From the NCBI GenBank assembly GCA_003670745.1, contig QWQR01000004.1, positions 1 to 50,070 on the forward strand: a stretch of 50,070 nucleotides of DNA, given 5' to 3'. Made by a program: the position numbers and the translations under genes. Origin of the DNA: Chloroflexota bacterium. GTDB lineage: Bacteria; Chloroflexota; Limnocylindria; Limnocylindrales; Limnocylindraceae. The stretch's first letter is position 1, and each line of letters begins with the position of its first letter. This document shows positions 34,406 to 44,262 of this stretch, piece after piece. The notes under the pieces are model-generated. The model made no database searches and was not told where the DNA came from. It saw only the letters and a program-made list of their open reading frames with translations.

Positions 34406-37111
34406 CTAGCGGAGGCGCCACCCAGTGACGGCGAAGGTGCGGGCGACGGTCGAGGCGGTGCTCAGCTTGCCGTCGGTGAGCTTCATCAGGCGTAGTGAGA
34501 GGCCAGCGGCGCCGGGGTTTGCGCCAAGCAGCAGGTCGTCGATCGCATCGCCGTTCCAGTCACGCACGTACAGGTTTGGTGCCGCAGCGCCAGCGGGGGC
34601 GAGCCAGGCAACGCCAGGGTCGCTCCATGAAAGGATCTTGCCGCCGATCGCGGCGGTGGCCGGCGGCTCAACTGCGCGTGCGGGCGGCGCCCACGGCGCA
34701 CGAACCCGCACCTTGGTGCCAGCGTTTGCCGTGTCGATGCTGATCGTTGGATTCAGTGCGGCGAGCGACTCGGCGGTGGCGTCAACGCCGATCGCGGTGG
34801 CGCGCGCGGCGACCTTCGCCCAATCGTCGCCGTCGCGAAGCCAGTCGAACTCCCCCGCAGCGATGCGCACCGGCGCGTTGCGGAAGAGCACCGTCTTCGC
34901 CGTGATCACGCATCCGTCGTACGGCGCGTAGATCGTCTTGCCGCGCACGAGCGTCTTGTTTGCATTCATGGCACGTAGGCAGGCCTCGCTCGCCTTGATG
35001 CGCGTTGCAATCTTTGTGTACGTGTCGTTCGGCTGAATGGTGACCGTGTAGCGCGGTCCGCTGTTGAGGGCGACCAGCGACGCGGCGGTGACCTTCAGTC
35101 GCTTGGCAACCAGCGCGATGCTCCCTTCGCCGGGGAGCACCTTCGTCAACTCCTTCGGCTTTGTCTCGGCAACGTAGACGCGGTCGACGCTCGCCACCTC
35201 GCCATCGTCGCGCTCATCAAGGCTCACGGCATGTACGCGGATTCGTCCGCTCGGGTCGGCGTTGCGCACGTAGAGCTCGTCGTAACCGTCGCCATTGAGG
35301 TCGCCAAGTGTTGCGCCCCAACCGGCGCGAACGGGCCAAAGGATTGCGCCTGGGGCGGTGAAGCTCCCTGGCGTCCACGGGCTCACCGGCGGCGAGCCGG
35401 CTCCCTGCGCCATGGAGAGCACGAGCGACCCATCGACGCCGCGCCAGAGGGCGATCACCTCGGGGATCCCGTCGGCGGTTGCGTCGCCGAGCAAGATCCG
35501 CGCGTCGGAGCCGGCGGCGAGCTCGGCAACCTTCGTCGGCTCCCCCGCCGTCGGGGGATCACCGGCGAGGAGCGGCACCTGCCAGAGGCGGAGCGTCGTA
35601 ACGCCAGGTGTCGTTAGCGACGGGATGCGCTCTGAGACGAAGAGCTCCTCGATCCCGTCGTTTGAGGTGTCGATGGCGAGGAGTGCGAGGGTTGCGGTTG
35701 AGTCGAAGGCGGTCGCGCTGCGGAGCCGCGTGACGGGGCTCTTCAGCACCCCGCCCACAAACGGCGTCTCGACGATCGAAATGGTGCCATCGGCGGCGCG
35801 GCGCAAGTCCTCGACGGCGGCGCCACCGTCGCTGAGTGAGCGGGCGACGAGCCGATCGAGGAGGGTTTCGCCGGCGGCGAGCTTGACACTCCCCGCCGCG
35901 CGCCCCTTCAGCAGGCCGCTCGCATTCACGCTCGGATCCGATGAGATGAGTCGAATGGAGCCTGCGGGCGAGAAGACGGCAAGGTCGCCGAGCGCATCGC
36001 CGGTCAGGTCACCGTGGGGCGAGAGGATGCGAACCGGATAGACGGCGGTGATGTCGTAGCGATCATCGGCGACGCTGCTCGTATCGGCCCCTTCAACCTG
36101 GTCGCCCTCCCACGAGAAGAACGACTCGCGCAGCAGCGCCTCAACGGAGAGCCCTTGAGTTCGCACGCAGTCATCGGCATTTACCGGGAAGAACGACCAG
36201 CCGCGATAGTGGCTCGGCTGTGACGGGTGGCGCATCTGCACATATGAATCGCCAGGTGCTGGCGGCTCCATGCAGTCGCGATTCACCGTGAAGCTGCCAT
36301 AGAAACCTGGGCGCCAGAAGCGCCACGTGGCATCAACAGGGTAGTAGCGCTGCATCGTGATGCCCCACGTTGTGTCAACCGCGGCGTTGTAGCGAGCATT
36401 CGACTTGCTTCCGTCGTTGTAGCCCGGCTCATGAATGCCGCCGCGCGTGTAGAACTGATTCATTGATGGGTGGTCAACCACGTCGAAGCAGGAGCGCTTC
36501 GAACTCTTAGTCGGCTTAGTGGGGTCGCCGTTGTCGTCGAGCACTTCGAGCGGCGCGGTCCAGGTAGATGTTGCGTCGTTCCACTTAAGGCCACCGACAC
36601 CGTCGTCTTCAAGGTCGGCGCCGAGACGAATGCGCATGTCGAGCGCGATCGTTGCGTGCTCGGAGGCGCGCTTCTGGTTGCTCCAGTCCGGATTTCCGTC
36701 GCTGCCATTGAGCTGGTTGTCGTCGGCATAGTCGGCGCGCACCCACGAGGCCTGCTCCTCGGTAAAGCTCGTGAGCCCCCACCAGTTGCGGGGGTTCATC
36801 GTCCAGGACCAGGCGTTCTGCTTGATCGCCACGGCACCCGCCCCCAGCAGCGCATCGGAGTACGGCGTGGGGAGGTACTCCGACCAGAACTCGGCGACAT
36901 GGGTGCGATACACGTAGGTGCGGAAGGGGACGACCTCCACCAGCCCGGTGCGGGTGCGCAGGACGCGGATCGTCTTAGGGGGAGAGATCAGGCTCGTCCA
37001 GTTCGTACACGAGACGGGGTCACCCGCTGCGGCCACGGGGGTTGGGGTGACGACCGCTGGCGCTACAAGCACCAGCGCGAGGAGGAGGGCGAAGAGCCGA
37101 CGTTCCCGCAT
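34406..37111 (-). CDS. Secreted SpoIID/LytB-like domain + FG-GAP repeats + LysM-like domains
   Basis: Signal peptide; VEVVPFRTYV..AEF..LLGAGAVAIK..FDVVD..NQFY (SpoIID-like); five DxxxDGxxD/E-type repeats; three LysM-like units. Confidence 0.72.
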   Translation of the reverse strand: MRERRLFALLLALVLVAPAVVTPTPVAAAGDPVSCTNWTSLISPPKTIRVLRTRTGLVEVVPFRTYVYRTHVAEFWSEYLPTPYSDALLGAGAVAIKQNAWSWTMNPRNWWGLTSFTEEQASWVRADYADDNQLNGSDGNPDWSNQKRASEHATIALDMRIRLGADLEDDGVGGLKWNDATSTWTAPLEVLDDNGDPTKPTKSSKRSCFDVVDHPSMNQFYTRGGIHEPGYNDGSKSNARYNAAVDTTWGITMQRYYPVDATWRFWRPGFYGSFTVNRDCMEPPAPGDSYVQMRHPSQPSHYRGWSFFPVNADDCVRTQGLSVEALLRESFFSWEGDQVEGADTSSVADDRYDITAVYPVRILSPHGDLTGDALGDLAVFSPAGSIRLISSDPSVNASGLLKGRAAGSVKLAAGETLLDRLVARSLSDGGAAVEDLRRAADGTISIVETPFVGGVLKSPVTRLRSATAFDSTATLALLAIDTSNDGIEELFVSERIPSLTTPGVTTLRLWQVPLLAGDPPTAGEPTKVAELAAGSDARILLGDATADGIPEVIALWRGVDGSLVLSMAQGAGSPPVSPWTPGSFTAPGAILWPVRAGWGATLGDLNGDGYDELYVRNADPSGRIRVHAVSLDERDDGEVASVDRVYVAETKPKELTKVLPGEGSIALVAKRLKVTAASLVALNSGPRYTVTIQPNDTYTKIATRIKASEACLRAMNANKTLVRGKTIYAPYDGCVITAKTVLFRNAPVRIAAGEFDWLRDGDDWAKVAARATAIGVDATAESLAALNPTISIDTANAGTKVRVRAPWAPPARAVEPPATAAIGGKILSWSDPGVAWLAPAGAAAPNLYVRDWNGDAIDDLLLGANPGAAGLSLRLMKLTDGKLSTASTVARTFAVTGWRLR

Positions 37112-37156
37112 GGCCCTCATCGTAGCGCGAGCAGGTAATTGGAGGGGTTGCTGCGA

Positions 37157-38773
37157 CTAGCCGCCGCTCTCGACTCCGCCATCGGCGTCAAGGATGCGCA
37201 GTGCAAGAGCGAGCGCGAGGCGCAGGTCTGGCTCACGCAGATCCCAGCCGGTCAGCTCTTCGATACGACGCAGGCGATACGCGGTGGTGTTGCGGTGCAC
37301 GCCAAGCGAACTGCTCGCCTCCGAAGATCCGGCGGTGTCGAGCACGGCGCGCAACGTTTCAATACGCTGCCGCTGCGACGCTGCGGTGCCCACCAGGAGC
37401 GGCGCGAGCAGGTCGAGTGCCTGACGCCGCGCGTCAGGGATCGCCGCAACCGCACCGAGCAGGCGATGTGCTGGCAACAGTTCGGCGCGCACCAGCTGCG
37501 CGCCGCCGCTCCCCGGTCGCCCGCCGACGCGACGCTCAAGTGATTCGAGTGCGGCGCGGGCCTCAGCCTCCGCGGCGGGTCGCGCGGCAGGATCGCTAAA
37601 TGGCCGCGACACCGCAACGGGGCGGCCGATGCGCTTTGCAACCTTCGCGGCGATCTGCGCGGCGCCAGGATCGGCGGCGTCGGCAACGGCGATGATCCGC
37701 ACCTCGAGGCTCTCGTTGCTACCACGCAACATGAAGCGGCGTGGGCCGGCCAAGAGGCGCAGCTCGCGGCGCAGCGCAGGCACGTCGGTCTCATGCGGTC
37801 GTGGCTGGCGCGCGGCAATCGCCACCCACGGTGGCCCCTCTGCTGGAAGCGTGCGCACCTCGCCGCGTCCAGCATTGGCGGGGAGTTCCGCGGCGACGCG
37901 CACGATCTCGAGGGCAATAAGTGGTGCGACACGATCGCAGGCGATCCGCTCGCGCTCACCGAGCGGCTCGTCGCCGAGGATCACGATTGACCCAGGTCGA
38001 TCGTCGCCGTCGTCGCCGAGCGGCGATTCTTCGGCATCGGCGTCGCGACTGCGCCCACGCGCGTCGGCGCCCTGGCGCTCCCCCTCTGGTGCGCCGGGAA
38101 CCGACGGAAGAGGAATCCGCTGCCCGACCCCGCGCGACTTAGAGAGGTAGCGACTTACGGCGCTTGCCGCCGCAGCGCTGGTTGGCAGCCCGGCAGGCGC
38201 GACCACGGCGAGCGAGGCGCCGCCACGCGCCTCGAGCGCCACGCCGCGGCCAATAAACGCAGCGAGCGCTCCGATGAGTGCGTCGAGCCCCTGTCCATCG
38301 AGGGCGAGTGCAGCAACCTGTCGTTCGAGGGTGACCGCTTGGCGCTCCAACTCGGCGCGACGGTTCACCACCGCGCCGATGAGCGTGCGCTCGAGCGTTG
38401 CCGCCTCAACACCGTCGAGACGCAAGCACGGCAGGCGCGTTGCGCGCGCAGCGGCAGCGAGTTCGTTCAATGCCTCCTCATCGCTCGCCGCCGTACTCGC
38501 CTCACCGCCCGGGAGCGCAATGATGCCGACGGCGTCGTGATCGGCGAGATAGTCGACGAGCTCGGTGCGCGCCGCCTTGTCGGTTGCGACCGAGCGCAGC
38601 GTTGCGATCGGCACGATCGCAAGGTCGCCAGGCTCCATGCCGTCGAACGCCGGGAGTCGGTCGCGCAGCAGGCGCACCCAGGTGACGCTGCGCGCCATCG
38701 CCTCTTCGCGCGCGTCAACGAGCGGCGTTGCTCCAGGCAACAGTGTTTGAACTAGTTCGCGCAACGATGCCAT
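37157..38773 (-). CDS. PucR/CdaR family transcriptional regulator
   Basis: N-terminal SVTWV..GDLAI; C-terminal LGVHRNTTAYRLRRIEELTGWDL. Confidence 0.88.
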   Translation of the reverse strand: MASLRELVQTLLPGATPLVDAREEAMARSVTWVRLLRDRLPAFDGMEPGDLAIVPIATLRSVATDKAARTELVDYLADHDAVGIIALPGGEASTAASDEEALNELAAAARATRLPCLRLDGVEAATLERTLIGAVVNRRAELERQAVTLERQVAALALDGQGLDALIGALAAFIGRGVALEARGGASLAVVAPAGLPTSAAAASAVSRYLSKSRGVGQRIPLPSVPGAPEGERQGADARGRSRDADAEESPLGDDGDDRPGSIVILGDEPLGERERIACDRVAPLIALEIVRVAAELPANAGRGEVRTLPAEGPPWVAIAARQPRPHETDVPALRRELRLLAGPRRFMLRGSNESLEVRIIAVADAADPGAAQIAAKVAKRIGRPVAVSRPFSDPAARPAAEAEARAALESLERRVGGRPGSGGAQLVRAELLPAHRLLGAVAAIPDARRQALDLLAPLLVGTAASQRQRIETLRAVLDTAGSSEASSSLGVHRNTTAYRLRRIEELTGWDLREPDLRLALALALRILDADGGVESGG

Positions 38774-40275
38774 TACGCAGATTCTCCGCCGAGGATCGCC
38801 GCCACGCGCTCAAGGGTGCGCGCGCTGCTCACCGGATCGGCGCCGCGATCCACCAAGAGCGCTGCTTCGACCTCGGGTGAGCCAGGCGTGACGCGCAGCC
38901 AGAGTCGCGTGCGCGGCCGACGCAGGGTGAAGGCGAGGCCGCCAACGATAAGCGCCGCGGCGAGCCAAATGATCGGCGCGCCAGGATCGCGTCGCGCGAT
39001 GATCCCCGTGTACGAGCCGATCGATTCGAGCTTCACGCTAAACCCCGCGCCCGGCGCGCTCGCACTCTCGCCGGGGGCGATCACCGAGGCGAAGATCGGC
39101 GTGAGGAGCGGCGACCCGTCAGTTGCAAGGGCACCCGACGGATCGGGGCGACTCGCCACCACGAAGACCACCGCTCCTGTTTCAGAGCTGGCACCGCTGC
39201 CACCGGCACCGCTGCCACCGGTCGCGTTACGGCGCAGCTGCAGCTCAAGGCCAGCGTCGCTCCCTGGGATCGGCAACGTGGCGTAGGGGCTGCCGTCGGC
39301 GACCGCGGTGAACGGCGCGTCGCCCGACCAGAGCAGGTCGCCGACCACGTCGCGCACTTCGAGTTTTGCCGATGGCCCAAAGAAGTTCTGGTGAAAGCTC
39401 CACCCTTCGTAGCGGAGCGGCTCGTTCACACGCACGATCTGTTCCGCGACCTGCGCGCCGTCGATGTACACGGCGAGATCGGTGGTGAAATCAAGGAATG
39501 TGCCGGTTGCGGATCGCGGCGCGGAGAATCCGCGGTTCTGCACCACGAGTGTGCCCTTCGCGCCGATCGTACCAACGGGGAGCGCCTCGCCGTCGGTGAG
39601 CAGAATTCCCTGCGTGTAGCCGAGCGCCCCCGACACTGCTGCACCGACAAGGATCAGCACCAGCCCCGCATGCATCACCAGCGTGAAGCGATACGAACGG
39701 CGATTGCGGTCGGCGTGCACGATCGTGGCGCCAGTAGTCGTTGCGCCGGTAGTCGCGCCATCCGCTGTCGTTGCCGCCGCTGCGATGCTCGTCTCCCAAC
39801 CAGAACGGCGCAGCAGCGCTGCGGCAGCGTTCGCACGCTCCGCAGTGGCGCCCTGCGGCACGGCGGCGGTGAGCTGCAGCGTGCCGCGACCGGGGAGCCA
39901 GGCGGCGAAGAATTCGTCGGGCTGCGCAACGCGGCTCGGCGCGGTGCTCGCCCAGATCTTCGGCACGCGATCGAGCGTGCAGACCACGATCGAAACCGCG
40001 AGCAGCGCCAACAGCGCAACGAACCAGGGCGAGGTGAAGACGCGAAAGAAGCCGAGCCGCTCAAAGATGCCGAGGAGTGGTCCAAGGGTCGGCTCGTAGG
40101 CGGCGCGCAGGCGCCCCATCTCGCTCGCGTAGTCGCTTGCGTTCGTGAGGGCGTAGTCGGGGAGCTGCCGTAGGGCGATCCCGATCGTCGAGGCGAGGGC
40201 GATCGCCGCGATCTGCGCGATGGCAAAGCTCACGTTGCTGAGGAGCGCACGGAGGACGATCAGCGGGGCGAGCAC
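38773..40275 (-). CDS. resB: Cytochrome c biogenesis protein ResB/Ccs1 (system II)
   Basis: ASTIGIALRQ, LGFFRVFTSPWF..VCTLDR, conserved His LVMHAG, VNEPLRYEGW, RDPG + C-terminal TM. Confidence 0.88.
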   Translation of the reverse strand: MLAPLIVLRALLSNVSFAIAQIAAIALASTIGIALRQLPDYALTNASDYASEMGRLRAAYEPTLGPLLGIFERLGFFRVFTSPWFVALLALLAVSIVVCTLDRVPKIWASTAPSRVAQPDEFFAAWLPGRGTLQLTAAVPQGATAERANAAAALLRRSGWETSIAAAATTADGATTGATTTGATIVHADRNRRSYRFTLVMHAGLVLILVGAAVSGALGYTQGILLTDGEALPVGTIGAKGTLVVQNRGFSAPRSATGTFLDFTTDLAVYIDGAQVAEQIVRVNEPLRYEGWSFHQNFFGPSAKLEVRDVVGDLLWSGDAPFTAVADGSPYATLPIPGSDAGLELQLRRNATGGSGAGGSGASSETGAVVFVVASRPDPSGALATDGSPLLTPIFASVIAPGESASAPGAGFSVKLESIGSYTGIIARRDPGAPIIWLAAALIVGGLAFTLRRPRTRLWLRVTPGSPEVEAALLVDRGADPVSSARTLERVAAILGGESA

Positions 40276-40386
40276 CTACTGATGGTAGCCTTCGCCCCGC
40301 TCCGCCATCGGGCGGGCGGCGGCAGCGCCTAGGGCCAGATCGGCCACTCGGCCGCATCGAACGGGCGCAGGAAGGCCGGAGGCGGA

Positions 40387-40863
40387 ATGTCCAAGGCGAA
40401 CGATCGCGGCGCCCTCGACGATCTCGATCGTCGACTCATGGAGGTGCTCCAGGTCGACGGACGACGCCCCTTCACCGAAATCGCCGCCGCGTTCGGCGTA
40501 CCCGAGTCAACGATTCGCGCCCGCTACAAGTCGCTCGTCGACCGCGGCGCCCTCAAGGTGATCGCCGTCGCCGATCCGCTCAAGGTCGGCTACCCACTCA
40601 TGGCGATGATCGGTGTGCGCTGCACCCCCGCCGCACTCCTCGCCACAGCCAAGGCGCTCGAGGCGTTACCAGAGGTGAGCTACTGCGTGGTGGTCGCCGG
40701 CGCCTACGACCTGCTCATTGAAGTGGTGTGCGAAGATAACGATGCGCTCCTCGCCTTCCTCACCGATCGACTGCGCTCCATTGAAGGCGTGCTTGAAACG
40801 GAGACGTTCGTCTACCTGCGCATCTTGAAGCAGAACTACGAGTGGGGAACCTCGCCGACCTGA
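40387..40863 (+). CDS. Lrp/AsnC family transcriptional regulator
   Basis: LDDLDRRLMEVLQVDGRRPFTEIA, GAYDLLIEV; GGAGG RBS. Confidence 0.93.
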   Translation: MSKANDRGALDDLDRRLMEVLQVDGRRPFTEIAAAFGVPESTIRARYKSLVDRGALKVIAVADPLKVGYPLMAMIGVRCTPAALLATAKALEALPEVSYCVVVAGAYDLLIEVVCEDNDALLAFLTDRLRSIEGVLETETFVYLRILKQNYEWGTSPT

Positions 40864-40864
40864 T

Positions 40865-41698
40865 CTAGCTGCGCGAGCGGCGCCAGCCGACAAAGAGCGC
40901 GCCAAGGCCCCAGATGATCAGCAGTGAAAAGATGATCACCGGAAGGTTCGTAATCCAGCCATCTTCGCCGTCGCCCTCGTGGCCTCCGCCGTCGTGCGGC
41001 CCTGGCGCTGGCGCAAAGAGCGGCATGCGCCCCGCAACGGAACCGTCGGCGCGCAGGCATGGATCCATCATCGGATCGCTGGTATCCATCCCGCCGGCAC
41101 ACGGTGAAAGCGTCGCCTTGAAATCTTCCAAGAGCTTGGCGTAGAGCGCCTCATAATCGGTCGGATCAATCGATGCGCCAGGATCAACGCTCTCGCTCGG
41201 CGCAGCAGAGGGTGCGGCCACAAGCCACGCGTCGGGAATGCGCCCACCGGCGCCATCGTCGATCGCCCGCAGTGCAGCGGGCGCGTCGGCGCCAAGCGCT
41301 GGCCCCATCTGACTGTCGTAGGTGGCGATCCCCGTGCGACTGTCTACCTGAAAGGCCCAGCTGTGACGATCGATGCAGCCAGCCGGGCAATCGCCCCAGC
41401 CGTAGGTGTAGATGACGATCCATGCGGCGTCGCCGCCCTCGCTCCCCTTCACCTCGTAAGTGGCGTTCGCGCCGATCATCGCGCTCTCAATTGGGGCGAA
41501 AGAATCAAATGGAGTGCCGAGTGCGAGCACCGCGGCATGCGCCTCAGCGCCGCTGTTAATCGGCGGGCTCACCGCAACGCGCGGTGCTACAAGCGAAGCC
41601 GCCGAGGCTGAGGAGGTGAGCGCTGCGCCGAGCAGCAGGCCCGCAAATGAAAGCAATACAAAGGCGACTGCCAAGATACCGATCCGAAGCGACTTCAC
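40865..41698 (-). CDS. Hypothetical exported protein with C-terminal membrane anchor (GWGDCPAGC motif)
   Basis: GTG start after AGGGGG; signal peptide; YTYGWGDCPAGCIDRHSW; C-terminal TM followed by WRRSRS. Confidence 0.7.
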   Translation of the reverse strand: MKSLRIGILAVAFVLLSFAGLLLGAALTSSASAASLVAPRVAVSPPINSGAEAHAAVLALGTPFDSFAPIESAMIGANATYEVKGSEGGDAAWIVIYTYGWGDCPAGCIDRHSWAFQVDSRTGIATYDSQMGPALGADAPAALRAIDDGAGGRIPDAWLVAAPSAAPSESVDPGASIDPTDYEALYAKLLEDFKATLSPCAGGMDTSDPMMDPCLRADGSVAGRMPLFAPAPGPHDGGGHEGDGEDGWITNLPVIIFSLLIIWGLGALFVGWRRSRS

Positions 41699-41805
41699 CA
41701 CGGGCCCCCTTGCTCGGCGCACCTGAAAGCCAGGCGCTGACGCTCCAATGCGACACTCCAATAACGCTTTCTCGGTCACGTCTGTTCCCGCTCCGCGAGC
41801 GGTGA

Positions 41806-41882
41806 TGGTCGGGGCGACTGGATTCGAACCAGCGACCTCCTGCTCCCAAAGCAGGCGCGCTACCAAGCTGCGCCACACCCCG
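41806..41882 (-). tRNA. tRNA-Pro (anticodon TGG)
   Basis: CGGGGTGTGGCGCAGCTTGGTAGCGCG-CCTGC-TTTGGGA-GCAGG-AGGTCGCTGGTTCGAATCCAGTCGCCCCGACCA. Confidence 0.97.
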
Positions 41883-41937
41883 TCGCCCACATCCTAGCCG
41901 CCGAGCGGCAATGGGAGCCTGCTGGCATGATCGCCGC

Positions 41938-43623
41938 ATGAATGACGCGGCCCCCTCGCGACCCCCGCGCCACGGGCGACGCACCGACCCGCTCCGCGCG
42001 GCGCTCGCCTCGGGCGCTATTCCTGGCTTCGGCCAGCTGCTGCAGGGGCGCAGGCGTGCCGCCCTCATCGCGATCGCGCCGCTTGCCGTCGCCCTTGCAG
42101 TGCTGTCAGTCGCCCTGCTTCGCAGCGGCCCCGTCGCCGTCGCTTCGGCACTGGCCGGACCCGGAAGACTTGCCGCGCTCGTTACCGGCCTCATCCTCTT
42201 TGCGATCTGGCGCATTGGCGTGGTGCTCGACGCAGGGAGAGGCACGGAGCGATCGCGACGTAATGCAGCGCTGCTCACGCTTGCCCTCGTGCTCGCGGTT
42301 GGGCCAGAGCTCGGCGCGGCGGCGCTCGTTGATCGCGCGCGAAGCACGAGCGACAACATCTTCTCGGGATTTGGCGACGGTGGTGACGATCCGAGCGGAT
42401 CGGGAGACTCCTCTGGGAGCCCAGTTGCAATCGGCGATCGGTTCACCATGCTGCTCGTTGGTGCCGATGCGATGGGATCACGCACCTCGTTCAACACCGA
42501 TTCAATGATCATTGCCAGCTGGGATCGCGTCGGCGGATGGGTGAGCACCATTTCAATTCCGCGCGACATCGTGAACGTTCCGCTTGGAAACGGCGACGTG
42601 TGGGAGCCAAAGATCAACTCCCTCTGGAGTACCGCAACGCGCCGGCCGGACCTCTTCCCTAATGGTGGCGCTGCGACGCTCGCGGGTGCTCTCGGCACGA
42701 TGCTCGGCGTAAAGATCGACGCGACCGCCGTGATCGTGATCCCGACCTTCCGCACGCTCGTCGACGACATCGGTGGCGTTGACATTCACGTGAAGCGCGA
42801 CATCTTCGACCCCCGTTACCGTGAGCGCGGCCTGCGCGGTGTGTTGCTTCCAAAAGGTTATTGGCACCTCGACGGGGAGTGCGCGCTCGCCTACGCCCGG
42901 GTGCGGAAGGCGGCGGGGACCGACGACTTCAATCGCGGCGGGCGACAGCAGGAGCTGCTCGTAGCGATCAAGGAGCGCCTCGCCGAGAGCGGCAACCTGC
43001 TGAGCAACGGCCTCGCACTCCTCAGCGCACTTGGCGATGGTGTCCGCACCGACTTGGACCAGGCGCTCCTCCCAACGCTGGCAGACGGCGCGAGCACGCT
43101 CGACACCACGCACATCATCTCGGCGCAGATGCGCGCCGGCGACGGAATCCTGCGCTACCGCCGTAAGGGGGAGGTCAGCCCCTACGGCTCGGTCGTCTTC
43201 TTCGACCCTGCTGCAATGACGCTCCTCGGTTCGCGACTCTTCCCCACACCGGGGACGCAACCCTACGGTTGGCCAAGGAAGGCAGGAGATCCGCCGTTCA
43301 CGGCAACACCAGCCTCGCCAGCGGTCTCGCCATCAGGTTCGCCATCAGCTTCGCCATCCGTATCGCCGTCGGTGAGCCCATCTGCGTCAGCATCTGGCTC
43401 ACCATCGGCAACTGCTCCTGCAACGGCGACCGCTACGCCGATGCTACGCCCGTACCCAACACTTGCGAGCTGCAACGCAAATGTCGCTGCGCCGGTGTAC
43501 ACGCCAGAGCCTGACCCGACCGACCTGCCGCTCCCGTCGCAAAGTCCGTCACCATCTACGAGCGCATCGCCTGATGCGACCGCGACACCGAGCGAGAGTG
43601 CGTCGCCGACGACCACGCCGTAG
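41938..43623 (+). CDS. LCP (LytR-CpsA-Psr) family glycopolymer ligase
   Basis: N-terminal TMs; LLVGAD, NTDSMII, SIPRD, KINS, LAYARVR..DDFNRGGRQQ; Ser/Pro/Thr tail. Confidence 0.92.
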   Translation: MNDAAPSRPPRHGRRTDPLRAALASGAIPGFGQLLQGRRRAALIAIAPLAVALAVLSVALLRSGPVAVASALAGPGRLAALVTGLILFAIWRIGVVLDAGRGTERSRRNAALLTLALVLAVGPELGAAALVDRARSTSDNIFSGFGDGGDDPSGSGDSSGSPVAIGDRFTMLLVGADAMGSRTSFNTDSMIIASWDRVGGWVSTISIPRDIVNVPLGNGDVWEPKINSLWSTATRRPDLFPNGGAATLAGALGTMLGVKIDATAVIVIPTFRTLVDDIGGVDIHVKRDIFDPRYRERGLRGVLLPKGYWHLDGECALAYARVRKAAGTDDFNRGGRQQELLVAIKERLAESGNLLSNGLALLSALGDGVRTDLDQALLPTLADGASTLDTTHIISAQMRAGDGILRYRRKGEVSPYGSVVFFDPAAMTLLGSRLFPTPGTQPYGWPRKAGDPPFTATPASPAVSPSGSPSASPSVSPSVSPSASASGSPSATAPATATATPMLRPYPTLASCNANVAAPVYTPEPDPTDLPLPSQSPSPSTSASPDATATPSESASPTTTP

Positions 43624-43627
43624 CGCC

Positions 43628-44245
43628 TCAGGCCTTTTCGGCAAGCTCCCGCAGGTAGCGCCCCGCGCGCAGGGCGGCGCGGCCGCGATGACTCAGTCGA
43701 TCTTTTTCTGCTGGCGATCGCTCCGCCATCGTGCGACCACGAACTTCAAAGACTGGGTCGTAACCAAAGCCGAACGCGCCGCGCGGTACGCCGGTGATGC
43801 GACCGCGACAGCTCCCGCGAAAGGTTCGCGCCTTCAGCGCGCCGCGCGTAACGGACTCTTGTGGATCAACGATCGCCATGGTGCATACGAAGCGTGCACC
43901 CCGGCGCTCTGGCGGCAGACCACGCAACGCGCTGAGCAGCTTCTCAATATTCTCTTCATCGGTCGCGTTTGGCCCCGCGTAACGGCGCGTAGAAACTCCT
44001 GGTGCACCGTCGAGCGCCTCGACCTCGAGTCCAGAGTCATCGGCGAGGGTGAAGAGCCCAGAGGCGGCGGCGTAGAAGCGCGCCTTGGCGATCGCGTTCG
44101 CGGCGAAGGTCGCCCCCTCTTCGGGGGCCTCGTCAACGATCTCCTCGTCGGCGAGGGTGCGCAGATCGAACGGGAGTGGGCCGAAGAGTCGACGCAACTC
44201 TGCGAGCTTGTGCGCCGACCCGGTCGCGACAAGGAGCGTGCGCAT
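43628..44245 (-). CDS. rdgB: Non-canonical purine NTP pyrophosphatase
   Basis: ATGSAHK, ADDSGLEV..LDGAPGV, GFGYDPVF, KDRLSHR. Confidence 0.95.
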   Translation of the reverse strand: MRTLLVATGSAHKLAELRRLFGPLPFDLRTLADEEIVDEAPEEGATFAANAIAKARFYAAASGLFTLADDSGLEVEALDGAPGVSTRRYAGPNATDEENIEKLLSALRGLPPERRGARFVCTMAIVDPQESVTRGALKARTFRGSCRGRITGVPRGAFGFGYDPVFEVRGRTMAERSPAEKDRLSHRGRAALRAGRYLRELAEKA

Positions 44246-44262
44246 CTGCGCCCGAACGTCGG

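Noticed and set aside
41699-41890. Upstream extension of ORF 40865..41890, and ORF 41556..42785
   Set aside because: Both run through tRNA-Pro(TGG), and the second is antisense to LCP. The signal peptide and RBS place the real start near 41698.
43300-43620. Short tandem repeats (TCGCCATC-like) as a CRISPR array or VNTR
   Set aside because: They are degenerate codon repeats encoding the Ser-Pro linker of LCP; there are no spacers or cas genes.
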